From Candidatus Hodarchaeota archaeon (GTDB taxonomy: Archaea > Asgardarchaeota > Heimdallarchaeia > Hodarchaeales > Hodarchaeaceae), in NCBI GenBank assembly GCA_016839815.1, contig JAEOTM010000097.1, positions 1 to 47,262 of the forward strand: a stretch of DNA of 47,262 bases. Direction: 5' to 3'. Under the pieces are notes generated by a model. The model did no database searches. It worked only from the letters and a program-made list of their open reading frames with translations, and was not told the DNA's origin. Positions 37,482 to 47,262 of this stretch are shown here, piece by piece; position 1 is the stretch's first letter, and every line of letters starts with the position of its first letter. The translations under genes were made by a program, and so were the position numbers.

Positions 37482-38234
37482 ATGCATCAAATGAAATATC
37501 TTCGGAAAGGAGTAAGAATTCAAATGACAATATCACAAAAAACATTACCTAATTCAGAGATAAGTCAAAATAATAAAATTATGGATATTCTGCCCTATAA
37601 AGTAGATAGAGCAAAACAAGTTATATCGAACGCCCTTGAGGAATATGGTGAAAAAATATCGGTTGCTTGCAGTTTTGGGAAAGATAGTATGGTTGTTGTA
37701 CATTTAGCACAGCAAGTAGATCCCAATGTAAGAATTTTCGCTGTTATGACTCCCTTTAAGCCGAAAGAGACTTTTGAGTATATGGATGCAATGATTAAGA
37801 GATATAGTCTCAATATCCAAGTGTATATGTCGGATGTGAAGGTGGATGAGGACCTTCCTAAGGAAAATCCAGATGTATGCTGTGATATTTTGAAAGTGGA
37901 ACCTACTAAGGAGGCAGTAAAAGATCTTGATGCTTGGGTTTGCGGATTACGTAACACTGAAGGTCGCACCCGTAAAAATTATGTTGAAAAAGAGGAAAAA
38001 GAGGGTTTGATAAAGATCAATCCAATTTTAGAATGGACTGAGCTAGATATTTGGCGTTATATGGCTATTAACGAAATTCCTGTTCACCCCTATTATGCCC
38101 GAGGGTATAGAAGCCTTGGTTGTGAACCCTGTACCTCCTTGATTAGTGATACAGGTTTAGAACGAGAAGGACGATGGATAGGCACAAGTAAATGCGGTGG
38201 GGAATGTGGGATTCACACTAAACCTTTGAAATGA
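37482..38234 (+). CDS. cysH: APS/PAPS reductase, [4Fe-4S]-type (start may be ATG 37524)
   Basis: SFGKDS, CCDILKVEP, GYRSLGCEPCT, REGRW, C-terminal ECGIH. Confidence 0.88.
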   Translation: MHQMKYLRKGVRIQMTISQKTLPNSEISQNNKIMDILPYKVDRAKQVISNALEEYGEKISVACSFGKDSMVVVHLAQQVDPNVRIFAVMTPFKPKETFEYMDAMIKRYSLNIQVYMSDVKVDEDLPKENPDVCCDILKVEPTKEAVKDLDAWVCGLRNTEGRTRKNYVEKEEKEGLIKINPILEWTELDIWRYMAINEIPVHPYYARGYRSLGCEPCTSLISDTGLEREGRWIGTSKCGGECGIHTKPLK

Positions 38235-38245
38235 GTTTCTTATCC

Positions 38246-39568
38246 TCATTTTTTCTTAACCATTTTGGAAACAAAAAATCCTATAGTATTATGGTCTGCA
38301 GGGGAAAATCTTCCACTCCCACTTATGGAAGAATCATTAATGGGATAACTCTCTGGCAACCACTGGGGTGGTTCTGGAAAATCTAGAGGAAGATTTTCAA
38401 TTTTCTTGATTTGATATTCACCCTCTTCAGGATAAAGGCTACATGTTGAATATACAAGAATTCCTCCAACCTTTAATAAACTTAGAGCACTTTTTAGAAG
38501 ACTTTCCTGGAGAAATATATGTCGTTTTAGAAATTGTTGATTTTGTCTCCATTTTAGAACAGGATTTGAAGTAAAAGTTCCACTCCCTGTACAAGGGGCA
38601 TCCAAGAGAATTCTGTCGAATGAATTTTTAGGCAATGGAGGGTGTATTCCATCATACTGAATAGTACGTGTATTTGTAACACTAAATGAATTAAGTAGCG
38701 ATGTCATTTCAATAGTTCGATTCTGATGAAAATCTCCTGCTACAATATACGCAGAATTTTCTGTTTGATGAGCAATTAAGCTCGTTTTTATACCAGGTGC
38801 TGCGCACAAATCACAAATGATGTCGTCAGGTTGCGGATCAAGTAGTTGGACGGCCGAATATGAAGCCTTATCCTGTATAATCATTTCATTTTCTCGAAAG
38901 ATTGTACTACTAAGGATTATCGACTTATGTTTGACATTAGCTTTCAGTATAGTTGGAAAATCCTCGTCGGGAGTAGTTTCCACCCCAATTCTTCTAAATT
39001 CTTCTCCAATTACCTTGGTTTGGTCATGTAATCGGGATTTTGGGATACTTCTACTATTTACACGGAAATAAAAAATCCCCTTTCTAGCTCTTTCATCCAT
39101 TGCCTTAATATTTCTGGCTATGTTTGTATACCCCATAATGGGTAACAAAGTGTCTACTATGAACGATGGAATAGCATATTTAATACTCGTTTTTTCCTTC
39201 TCTGACTTATTTCGAAGGGCAATTTCCCAATTAAAAGTAGTTAATTTTTCAAAGAATTTGGGTAAGGGTTCATGATCCCTTTTCTTATCTTTTTTTTGAA
39301 TCTCTTTGATTATAGCGAAAAATTTTGCTCCTTCCCAAAAGTACCTGTAAACTATGTAAATATATTCTTCAATCCTGATGTTAGGACTTATGATATCCTT
39401 TGGTAGAGACCTAAGAGTTTTCTGAGTAATGAAATTTAGTTGATTCCAGTATCGAATTATTTCCAGAAGATAATGATATTGAGTAGGATCATATTTCGTA
39501 GATATACGGTTCAGATCAAGATCTTCAGGTGCTGATACCCATTGAGCAATTAAATCCATTAAGGTCAT
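38246..39568 (-). CDS. RsmB/NOP2-family RNA m5C methyltransferase
   Basis: IQDKAS, DLCAAPGIKT, ILLDAPCTGSG, VYSTCS. Confidence 0.93.
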   Translation of the reverse strand: MTLMDLIAQWVSAPEDLDLNRISTKYDPTQYHYLLEIIRYWNQLNFITQKTLRSLPKDIISPNIRIEEYIYIVYRYFWEGAKFFAIIKEIQKKDKKRDHEPLPKFFEKLTTFNWEIALRNKSEKEKTSIKYAIPSFIVDTLLPIMGYTNIARNIKAMDERARKGIFYFRVNSRSIPKSRLHDQTKVIGEEFRRIGVETTPDEDFPTILKANVKHKSIILSSTIFRENEMIIQDKASYSAVQLLDPQPDDIICDLCAAPGIKTSLIAHQTENSAYIVAGDFHQNRTIEMTSLLNSFSVTNTRTIQYDGIHPPLPKNSFDRILLDAPCTGSGTFTSNPVLKWRQNQQFLKRHIFLQESLLKSALSLLKVGGILVYSTCSLYPEEGEYQIKKIENLPLDFPEPPQWLPESYPINDSSISGSGRFSPADHNTIGFFVSKMVKKK

Positions 39569-39632
39569 CTAAATCTCAAAGATATATCAATCTGTTTTGA
39601 ATATATATGTTTACATCTGATTATAATACGTA

Positions 39633-39661
39633 AATGGTTACTATGACTTAGAGTAACCATT
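39633..39661. promoter_or_regulatory. Perfect 10-bp inverted repeat (operator or hairpin) upstream of the m5C methyltransferase
   Basis: AATGGTTACT-(9 nt)-AGTAACCATT. Confidence 0.5.
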
Positions 39662-39702
39662 AAGGGAAGAAGTGGATATCATTTCCCAGACTTTAAAGAG
39701 TT

Positions 39703-41520
39703 TCAGCTCATAGATTTGATAAATCGTACAATATATCTTTCGACAAGAACGGCTATTAAAATGAAAGATAAAATGAGAAAAATCCAGGAAGAAAACGAGG
39801 GGAGAGCTGGTTGGGGGATTAAAAATGAATAAGAAGCACTGAATCCTAATAAGAAGCCCGAAAATATCCCTTGGAGACTAACAAATATATTAATCCAGAT
39901 TATTATTCTCCTCATTACTTTAGCTCTTCCACCTAGCACTCGCATAACATAAAGGTCTTTTTCTAGAACAAGGATGTATAGACTTGAGAAGGCGACCAAT
40001 GATAGGCCAATAGATAGAATAACAGGGAGGAAGATGATATTTGAGATCAACCAAAAATCATTGCTGAAAGAACGGTAAATTTTCTCATAAGAGCTTAGAG
40101 AAAAATAATTAAGGTCAAATTCATGAATTAAATTTAAAATAACTTCATTTGGATCCTTGATAAACACAATATTACGTTGAGAATTATTGATATACCAACT
40201 TAAACTGGATAAGGCATTGATATGTAGATAAGAACAATAACCCTTAGCGAATGGATCCATCAGAACCTTCTCAACTCGGAATCTCTGGAGATCAATTTCT
40301 TCACCGTTCACTGTTTTCGGAATTACCTGCATCACTCCTTCTCTAATTACAAATTGATGGTACCCATCCGCCATAAACATAGTTTCCGCCTTGGGATAAG
40401 AGGATGTGCTTCCAACTGAATAATAATTGAAGATATTGGAGAATGATGAGTCAATTCCCCATATATAACAATTAAACGTACTATTTACTGAGGTAAGTAC
40501 ATCATTAACTTCTCGAAGAGCTTCCAACAAACGAATAGTACCAATAGTAAGTAGTCTGGACTCGAAAATTGTACCAGATGGTAAATCTTCAATAAAAGTA
40601 TTCGGGATAAATTCATTAGAAAAAGATTGAGGTGCATTAAAGGTTAACTTCTCATAGGGATCATAACATTTCTTTATTAGCCCGGAAAAGTCAGGAGAAG
40701 GTGTAACAACGATAATATCCTTTCCCCCATATCCCCTTTCCACATACGAATCCGCAGTATTCTGAATTATTGATCCACCTAAGATCCCGAAAGATGAGAT
40801 AAGAGTAAGGACCAGAATACCTAGAATCATGATACGGGAAACAAGTCTAGCTCTAGTCTGTAAAAGATGCCCTAATCGAAAAGCAGTTCTCTTTTTAGCA
40901 GAAAACCCCCAAACCTTATTTGGATTCGTGGGAGTGACTACATATTGACTATCTAAGATTTCACGAAATTTTCTCCTTATCAAGACATTTATTACAAATC
41001 CTCCAGCAAAATAAGTTCCCACTGCGGAACAAACTAAGAAACCCAAAGAAAACAAAAAAAGATCCATTCCTGAAATCTGTAAAATTGGGAAACCTAAGGT
41101 TGATAGGAGAAAAAAACCTAAAATGCACCCCTCTATGATACCCAAAATTCCTCCAATCGTCGTAATTATGAATATTTCTGCAATGGGTATTCGTTGTATT
41201 TGCTTAAATGTACCCCCTAGGGATTGGAAAACAGCTAAATCTTTCATCCTGGAGACAGCAAGTAAAGATGCTAAGACACTTGCAGATATAATAGAGGAGA
41301 GTAGTGCGAATAAAAGTAAAAAACTCAGATATAGATCCATAATGCTAATAATGGATCCATTGAACATTTGTGTGGCTTCAGCCACTTGTAGCTGAAGAAC
41401 AGACGATATAAGAAATACATTGATGCCTGTAGCTGTAAGTAAAGAATGAGTAAAGATATAGAGAAAGGACCTTTCTTTTTTCCTAGTAACGTCCTTCCAC
41501 GCGATATTAAGAGAGCCCAT
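39703..41520 (-). CDS. FtsX-like ABC permease (start likely ATG 41520; ORF open to 41583)
   Basis: IAWKDVTRKK, SRMKDLAVFQSLGG and KDLYVMRVLGG FtsX motifs; overlaps the stop of the upstream ATPase. Confidence 0.85.
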   Translation of the reverse strand: MGSLNIAWKDVTRKKERSFLYIFTHSLLTATGINVFLISSVLQLQVAEATQMFNGSIISIMDLYLSFLLLFALLSSIISASVLASLLAVSRMKDLAVFQSLGGTFKQIQRIPIAEIFIITTIGGILGIIEGCILGFFLLSTLGFPILQISGMDLFLFSLGFLVCSAVGTYFAGGFVINVLIRRKFREILDSQYVVTPTNPNKVWGFSAKKRTAFRLGHLLQTRARLVSRIMILGILVLTLISSFGILGGSIIQNTADSYVERGYGGKDIIVVTPSPDFSGLIKKCYDPYEKLTFNAPQSFSNEFIPNTFIEDLPSGTIFESRLLTIGTIRLLEALREVNDVLTSVNSTFNCYIWGIDSSFSNIFNYYSVGSTSSYPKAETMFMADGYHQFVIREGVMQVIPKTVNGEEIDLQRFRVEKVLMDPFAKGYCSYLHINALSSLSWYINNSQRNIVFIKDPNEVILNLIHEFDLNYFSLSSYEKIYRSFSNDFWLISNIIFLPVILSIGLSLVAFSSLYILVLEKDLYVMRVLGGRAKVMRRIIIWINIFVSLQGIFSGFLLGFSASYSFLIPQPALPSFSSWIFLILSFILIAVLVERYIVRFIKSMS

Positions 41521-42205
41521 GTTCTTCACGTAATTTCCATTCGTCTGGAATATAGATTCTATCAGCTTGGGGAAAAATACCACGAGAATGCGTAACCACT
41601 ATGACAGTCTTGTGCCCTTTCAGGCTTGCTAGCTTGTTGAAGATAGCTTGTTTTGTCCTTTCATCCTGATTTGCTGTAGGTTCATCGACAAGTAATATTT
41701 CTGGATCAAGGATTAATGCTCGAATAAATGCTGCACGCTGATATTCTCCTCCACTAATCATACGTGGTAAAGAATGTGCTCGATGGGACATGTAGAATTC
41801 TTCCAATAATTCCCATGCACGTTTTTCATAATTTAAATCATCTCTTTGGGCTAGTTCGACTGGGAGTAGAATGTTTTCAAGAACTGTTAATGTTTCAATT
41901 AAGTGACCTAGCTGAAAAACAAGGCCAATTCCAGAAGAACGGAATAGAGCTAGAGATTCTTCATTAAATTCACTTAAATCATGATCAAAGACACGAACTG
42001 TTCCCTCATCAACTCGTGTTAATCCTGCAATCATTTGAAGGATGGTTGTCTTACCACATCCGCTTGGACCTGTGAACACGATAAAATCTTTCTCATTACA
42101 TTTGAAATCTAGGTTTTCAAATAGCGTAATTCTCTCTTTTCCTATTTTGAATTGTTTTTTAACTCCTGTGAGTTCAATTATTGGTCCAGAAGGGGATTGT
42201 GTCAA
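41507..42205 (-). CDS. ABC transporter ATP-binding protein (LolD/MacB-like)
   Basis: GPSGCGKT, ISGGEYQR, LLVDEPT, VVTH. Confidence 0.93.
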   Translation of the reverse strand: MTQSPSGPIIELTGVKKQFKIGKERITLFENLDFKCNEKDFIVFTGPSGCGKTTILQMIAGLTRVDEGTVRVFDHDLSEFNEESLALFRSSGIGLVFQLGHLIETLTVLENILLPVELAQRDDLNYEKRAWELLEEFYMSHRAHSLPRMISGGEYQRAAFIRALILDPEILLVDEPTANQDERTKQAIFNKLASLKGHKTVIVVTHSRGIFPQADRIYIPDEWKLREEHGLS

Positions 42206-42377
42206 TTCGATCAGCGCTTTTTGTAAGATAGTAAATTTAATTTTTTATAAATCCTTTGTGGTACAATCTCTATCCTCTAGTCTGTTATGGTTATTGGGTT
42301 CAGAAATCCTAGTACAATTTTTGAACCAATGATTGCCCTTGGAGAAATAAATAAAAGGAGCAAATTCATGTAAGGAA

Positions 42378-43202
42378 TTGTTGGTGAAATCGATTTCTCG
42401 AAGAAAAGTTTGGCAATCTCTTTCGCTTTTCGTATTAATATTTATGATAAGCTACTCTTGTGTCACTATTTTTCATACATCATCGATTAGCAATTCTACC
42501 TCGAACTCAAACCAAGATTGTCTGTCGTTTTCTCTAAAACTTGGCTTCTCTTACGGTACACAACCTCTAGTTAATATCGGATTTCTTTTTCAATCTGGTA
42601 GTAGTAATCAGGAGACAATTACTTCGATTTCGAGCTTAGATCAGTCAACATTAATTTTTGATTTCATTCTCAATTCTTTTGATATTTTTGAAGAGCTAAA
42701 TTGTCTTTTTGTTGGTATATTAACATCTCAGATTAAGAAATTAGATCATTTCTCGAAAGATAAAAAAGATTGGGGAAATAATAGATCTCTAGTAAAATTT
42801 ACTATCACTCAGAACCCAGGAATTTCATTAAGAGGAATATCACGAGCATCTGGATTAGCTATGGGATCGACTCAGTACTGGTTGCGTATCCTTCTCCAAG
42901 AAAATGAAATTGAAGTATTCTCCTATGGAAAATCGAATCACTATTTCGAACGTGATCAAGAGTATTCTACTAATGAAAGAATCTTGTACGCTCTTCTGCA
43001 AAATAAACGTATTTATGCAATATTAGATGTACTAAATAGTTCTCCTAGTGTTAAAACTCAAAAAGATCTTTGTATTGAACTTGGATATAATAAATCCTTG
43101 CTCTCATATTATATGAAAATCTTGAAAAATCACCAGATTGTTGAATCAGGGATACAGGATCTTGAAATTAATGAAGAATTCAAGATCTATCTTGAGAATT
43201 AG
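42378..43202 (+). CDS. Membrane-anchored tandem winged-HTH regulator
   Basis: N-terminal TM/signal; ITQNPGISLRGISRASGLAMGSTQYWL and KTQKDLCIELGYNKSLLSYYM HTHs; divergent from the ABC pair. Confidence 0.8.
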   Translation: MLVKSISRRKVWQSLSLFVLIFMISYSCVTIFHTSSISNSTSNSNQDCLSFSLKLGFSYGTQPLVNIGFLFQSGSSNQETITSISSLDQSTLIFDFILNSFDIFEELNCLFVGILTSQIKKLDHFSKDKKDWGNNRSLVKFTITQNPGISLRGISRASGLAMGSTQYWLRILLQENEIEVFSYGKSNHYFERDQEYSTNERILYALLQNKRIYAILDVLNSSPSVKTQKDLCIELGYNKSLLSYYMKILKNHQIVESGIQDLEINEEFKIYLEN

Positions 43203-43937
43203 TTAATCTCGTCTTGAAAATACATGAGCATTTCGTTTTTTTCCTACACGTTCAAGAAGCCCTAGTTGACACAATGAATACGTAATTTTCCCTGGTAATC
43301 TAGAATTTCGTCGGGATTTACGTTTAAAAGTAAAAGAATTGAATAAATCTTGATTTGTAAAGTGTGTAGGTAGATCGATCGGTAAAAAAGTGTAAAAGTC
43401 TTCTTTGCAACGTATTTTTTTTACATGGTCAATACTAACTAAATCACGATCAGAGGTATAAAAACGACGTCTTCCGGTTCTTTGATAATAACCAGAAAAT
43501 TGTTTAAATAAATGCTCATATACAAGTAAAATATCAAACTGTAGTCGTTCTTGATAACTAACTTTGAAATGGACCAAATGTTCAAAAAAATGATAAACAT
43601 GAGTATAAAAGTTCCTATAAGAAGTGGAGATTTTATTGTCACCATCTAGTCGAGTAACTTTTTGTTTATGGACAATAGGATGGATAATTCTAATTTGGTA
43701 GTTGGTCGAATCAAGCAATGTTTGAATTTTTTGAGAAAATCTTCCCCCAAGACTGCTTCGTTGAATCTCATAAATCATTGATTTTTCATCATCAAATACA
43801 TCAAAACGAAAATTCTTTGTATTAATCTTTTGATAGACTTCTGATTTCACATTTTCGTTAGTAACATATAAAGCTTTAATTTTGTTATGTAGAAGCGTTT
43901 CAGCCCTTTTCTGTGAAGATATCTGATTTTTTATCAT
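43203..43937 (-). CDS. Conserved hypothetical protein, PD-(D/E)xK nuclease-like fold with C-terminal winged helix
   Basis: ETLLHNKIKALY...FRFDVF...IYEIQ (E..D..ExQ core); FTNQDL...KITYSLCQLGLLERVGKKRNA. Confidence 0.6.
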   Translation of the reverse strand: MIKNQISSQKRAETLLHNKIKALYVTNENVKSEVYQKINTKNFRFDVFDDEKSMIYEIQRSSLGGRFSQKIQTLLDSTNYQIRIIHPIVHKQKVTRLDGDNKISTSYRNFYTHVYHFFEHLVHFKVSYQERLQFDILLVYEHLFKQFSGYYQRTGRRRFYTSDRDLVSIDHVKKIRCKEDFYTFLPIDLPTHFTNQDLFNSFTFKRKSRRNSRLPGKITYSLCQLGLLERVGKKRNAHVFSRRD

Positions 43938-44024
43938 TTTTACTAAAATCCAATAAGAAAAAGTTCAACAGGGGAAGATATATACTTTTTTATAGCTAAT
44001 AATATCCTTCTGAAGAGTTCCACC

Positions 44025-44927
44025 ATGTTGAAATTAAAACCTTTAGGAAATCCCAAGTCAGTACCGTTTGAAACAATGCCAGAAAAATTGGAATTCAAAA
44101 GCCTGGACGGTCGATATTCTATTGTCTTTCATTCGGTTAAAGAGATCCGTATGTCTCATTATGTTTGGAAAATCTCCTTATTTGAAGGAGAAGTTGATAT
44201 CACCCACTCTCATTTGTTGGAAGACCAGAAATTCTTTCTTCCTATCTATTATTCCTCGCTTCTTCGGTCTTATTATGCTCCCTGGGGGTATCAAAGTGAT
44301 ATTCTTTGTTTATATTATGTAACCACTGACCTTGAAATCATTACGAAATTCTATTCAATTTCAAAGAAGACATTCGTAATTCCCCCTCTACAAAATACTA
44401 CAACACTTTTATGTTCTCCTCATAGTTCAGATGTTTTAACTCTTAGTTATGAATCTCAAATCTCTAATTGGAGCCCTTACGTTGTAGATCTAGATGGAAC
44501 GGTTAAAAAAAGAATACCATTTTCCGGTACTCCTTTAGATATCTTTACAAGTTGGATAACTCCGTTCCCATGGTTTATTGTCGTAGTTCATGAACCAGAG
44601 GGAAAAAAAACTAATCTATATTTTTATGATGAGATTACGGAAGTTTTTCAAGACAAAATTCAATTGGAACCCTCTGAATTCGTACCATTTAATAAAAATC
44701 GAAAATTTACTGGCGAATTTAATCGGAGAGCTCCCTCTGCATTAAAATCTCTGGCATACGGTGATTTCCTCAATAAATGGGATGAAATTGGAATTGATTG
44801 GCCCTCTAATACACTTATTCTAAGGTATGTTAGACCCAGTAGTGGTGCATTCACCGAAGATGGTCTAGAATACGTTAACATCAAGAAATATGAAATTAAA
44901 TTTAAAATTATTATTTCAGAGGAGTAA
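44025..44927 (+). CDS. Hypothetical beta-rich (propeller-like) protein
   Basis: 300-aa ORF; SLDGRY, SPHSS, DLDG turn motifs between aromatic-rich strands. Confidence 0.7.
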   Translation: MLKLKPLGNPKSVPFETMPEKLEFKSLDGRYSIVFHSVKEIRMSHYVWKISLFEGEVDITHSHLLEDQKFFLPIYYSSLLRSYYAPWGYQSDILCLYYVTTDLEIITKFYSISKKTFVIPPLQNTTTLLCSPHSSDVLTLSYESQISNWSPYVVDLDGTVKKRIPFSGTPLDIFTSWITPFPWFIVVVHEPEGKKTNLYFYDEITEVFQDKIQLEPSEFVPFNKNRKFTGEFNRRAPSALKSLAYGDFLNKWDEIGIDWPSNTLILRYVRPSSGAFTEDGLEYVNIKKYEIKFKIIISEE

Positions 44928-44933
44928 AAGTTT

Positions 44934-45332
44934 ATGACAAAGACAACTATTACAGAACTTTCGGATTTAGTTGCCAAGTTTATTGGTGAACGAGATTGGA
45001 CAGAATATCATACACCGAAAAACCTAGCTATGTCGATCGCTATCGAAGCAGCGGAAATTATGGAGTTATTCCAATGGGTAACAAATAAAGAAGCATTAGA
45101 TAATTTAGCTAGAGACATAACGTTAAAAACCGCATTGGAAGATGAGCTTGCTGATGTAATGATTTATTGCCTGAGTATGGCAAGTAACTGTAAAATCGAT
45201 ATAGCTCAAGCGATACGAAACAAACTGAAGGTAAACCAACAACGTTTTCCAATTGAAGTGGTTACAGGAAAATTAGGGCCTTACAAAATTGATAAAACAG
45301 GTGATTTAATAGAATTTGATAAAAAAAAGTAA
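44934..45332 (+). CDS. MazG-like nucleotide pyrophosphohydrolase (DCTPP1/RS21-C6 type)
   Basis: ERDWTEYHTPKNLAMSIAIEAAEIMELFQW...EDELADV; GGAG RBS. Confidence 0.92.
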   Translation: MTKTTITELSDLVAKFIGERDWTEYHTPKNLAMSIAIEAAEIMELFQWVTNKEALDNLARDITLKTALEDELADVMIYCLSMASNCKIDIAQAIRNKLKVNQQRFPIEVVTGKLGPYKIDKTGDLIEFDKKK

Positions 45333-45629
45333 TTTTTATTAGTAAAGATTTTTATTACAACGTCGAAATTTTATCTCATCCCATTACCTATATCTATTAT
45401 ATTTTTTACGGTACTAGACCTCAATAATGCGGAAATTAAGAGAATATTATTTTGACCAATTTCTCATTAGTTCTAATCAGGTTATTTATGGATCTAAAGA
45501 GATAATTTTTTTATTATTTGATCATAGAGATAGTCTTTACTGATGATATATCCATATTTTTCCTCAAATCAATTTCTTTCAATACCTACAGAAATAGAGA
45601 AAAGCTATCACCTTAATGAGATCTTCATT

Positions 45630-46676
45630 CTATCTTGCTCGTAAATCGTATACGTGAAGAGATAGGTTCTTCTCAGTGATCCATTCACTAAGTTTGGTGA
45701 GAGCATTCTGAAGAGAGTCAGCTCGACCACCTGCTGCTCGTGGATGTCCTCCTCCTGAGAATTCCGAAGCTAATGTATCAACCCGATAATTATCAAGAAT
45801 TGAGTCTGAGATGGTTGAGTTTACACGGAAAGAAAGACCCGTAAACCGTTTTCCAGGATAAAGAACACAAGAAATCTTCACATTCTTTAAAAAAAGTCTG
45901 TAGACTAACGAAGAGGTCAAAACTTTATTTTTCCCTTGAATAATAACTACTGCATCTGCTTCGGGGATACTATCAGCAATCTTAAAGCTCTCTTTTCGGA
46001 GAGAATACAACTTGTATAATCGTTCCTGATACTCAGGTTGGTCACAAATATGGAGTTGTCGGGAAGAAAGATCCTGAACCAAAGTCAAGATCTCCTCTGG
46101 GGTTTCAACCGTCCTACATAAATCATCTAAAAGCCATGCAAGATCCTCCTCTGATGCTTGATCTATATCCTGAGGAATTTGGGTAGGAGGAGGAGTCGTG
46201 TATGCAGCAGTATCCGTAATAACTGTGAGTTGTGCTAATATTTGAATTTTTACGGGTAAAAGGGCATAATAATGTTGAGCAAGTAAAAAAGATGCACTTG
46301 GGGCCCCTGCTTGAAAAAGTACTAAATCAGCGTTTTTTGGTAAATCCTTGGAAGTTTGATGATGGTCACAATAGAGAGAAATTCTTTTTGAGTGGAAAGG
46401 AGCAAGGTCTGCAATAGCTTCCCATTCGACACTTGACAAAAATGCTCCAAACTCGGGATGTCGCAATTCCTGATATCCTAACGGGATAAACACAAATTTT
46501 CTATAGGGAGCTAGGTTCTTGAGGATTACGGCTGATACAATTCCATCTGCATCTGAAGCATGAAACCCTACTTTTGGTTTCGGTAATAATGAAAGGGCAT
46601 AAACATAGCGAACTGTTTGCTTCATTTGATCAGAAAAGTCGCCAAGTATTGTATCAAGATTGAAAAGTAAAGACAT
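45630..46676 (-). CDS. DHH/DHHA1-family phosphoesterase
   Basis: HASDADG, ADL, CDHH, TDT, GGGHPRAAGG. Confidence 0.88.
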   Translation of the reverse strand: MSLLFNLDTILGDFSDQMKQTVRYVYALSLLPKPKVGFHASDADGIVSAVILKNLAPYRKFVFIPLGYQELRHPEFGAFLSSVEWEAIADLAPFHSKRISLYCDHHQTSKDLPKNADLVLFQAGAPSASFLLAQHYYALLPVKIQILAQLTVITDTAAYTTPPPTQIPQDIDQASEEDLAWLLDDLCRTVETPEEILTLVQDLSSRQLHICDQPEYQERLYKLYSLRKESFKIADSIPEADAVVIIQGKNKVLTSSLVYRLFLKNVKISCVLYPGKRFTGLSFRVNSTISDSILDNYRVDTLASEFSGGGHPRAAGGRADSLQNALTKLSEWITEKNLSLHVYDLRAR

Positions 46677-46738
46677 TCACTTCATCTACGCTTAAAATAA
46701 GTAATTTACCCATTTAATCAGGAGATAAGAATAAAACT

Positions 46739-47262
46739 TTATAATTCAATGACTCGGTCTATCGGAATATTCCTATTCTTTAGGAAGTTGAGTGCTGCTT
46801 GTGTATTTCCAAGTTGATGTAAGGAATGAGCATCCGAACCAATGGAAAAAAGGTAGCCTTCATCTAAATAATTGAACCACGGGTCCAAAAAATTTTGGTA
46901 ACCGGTGTTTAATTCAACAATAATGCTGTTTTCTCGTATCCAAGTCATAATCTCTTCAAATTTCACGTGTGTTAAGCGTGAAAATCGAGTGTGAGCAAAC
47001 CCGACATTATAAGTAGAGTAATCAAGTGAGAACTGCCTAATTTTAGAGACTATTTTTTCCCACTCTGGTTGATTGAACACATACTCGAAAAGGATTAAAT
47101 CCCAAGGGAAATCACCAAGAGAATCAAAATCTATAATCGAACTTGTGTCGACTTCAATTCCAACAAACACCTGTATTTTACCTGAATATTTTTTCTTCAA
47201 CCCAAGAATTGTTTCGAAATAATCATCAAACATTTCATTTGTGATTGCAGGCTTGAAAGTGG
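46739..47262 (-). CDS. PHP-family phosphoesterase, 5' end beyond the window
   Basis: GIEVD, AHT, VELNT, GSDAH; the frame is open from 47233 to the window end. Confidence 0.85.
   Translation of the reverse strand, partial: TFKPAITNEMFDDYFETILGLKKKYSGKIQVFVGIEVDTSSIIDFDSLGDFPWDLILFEYVFNQPEWEKIVSKIRQFSLDYSTYNVGFAHTRFSRLTHVKFEEIMTWIRENSIIVELNTGYQNFLDPWFNYLDEGYLFSIGSDAHSLHQLGNTQAALNFLKNRNIPIDRVIEL

Noticed and set aside
41507-41583. 77-bp overlap between ATPase and permease
   Set aside because: Explained by the later start ATG 41520, which gives an ordinary short overlap.
45339-45546. Long-range inverted repeat TTAGTAAAGAT/GTCTTTACTGA and CTGATGA suggesting a MITE or hammerhead ribozyme
   Set aside because: Very AT-rich so chance pairing is likely; no target-site duplication seen; no stem II-GAAA after CUGAUGA.
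1-47262. CRISPR arrays, tRNA/rRNA genes, IS elements, integrases, prophage
   Set aside because: No regularly spaced repeats, cloverleaf/TTCGA arm in a GC-rich context, or transposase/integrase motifs seen by eye; dedicated scans would be needed to exclude them fully.

Overview
AT-rich, gene-dense prokaryotic window with about 40 CDS. I saw no rRNA, tRNA, CRISPR array or transposase. The content fits an Asgard archaeon (Heimdallarchaeia-like); this is an inference from a Rab-like small GTPase with WDLAGQ, three Roadblock/LC7 domains, GGTGA/GAGGT ribosome-binding sites and a secreted protein with an xGF-TM-basic C-terminal anchor. Most genes are transport, metabolism, detoxification or housekeeping: a heterodimeric ABC exporter with PadR, FtsX-type permeases, an FGGY kinase, cysteate synthase, APS reductase, an RsmB/NOP2 methyltransferase, and DHH/PHP phosphoesterases. 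The best candidate for a new system is at 20.9-24.4 kb. There a sensor-less, shortened chemoreceptor (MCP) is divergent from an operon of a Roadblock protein plus a 652-aa scaffold (tandem Roadblock, winged helix, coiled coil, split Zn finger), with a Rab-like GTPase about 7 kb away and no che genes in the window. Other notable items: an apparent ATC start for cysteate synthase, an internal in-frame RBS/ATG in an HTH-GyrI regulator, a PC4-like/winged-helix protein, an orphan type III-like DNA methyltransferase, and several intergenic fold-back elements. All domain calls come from motifs read by eye; no database searches or folding programs were run.
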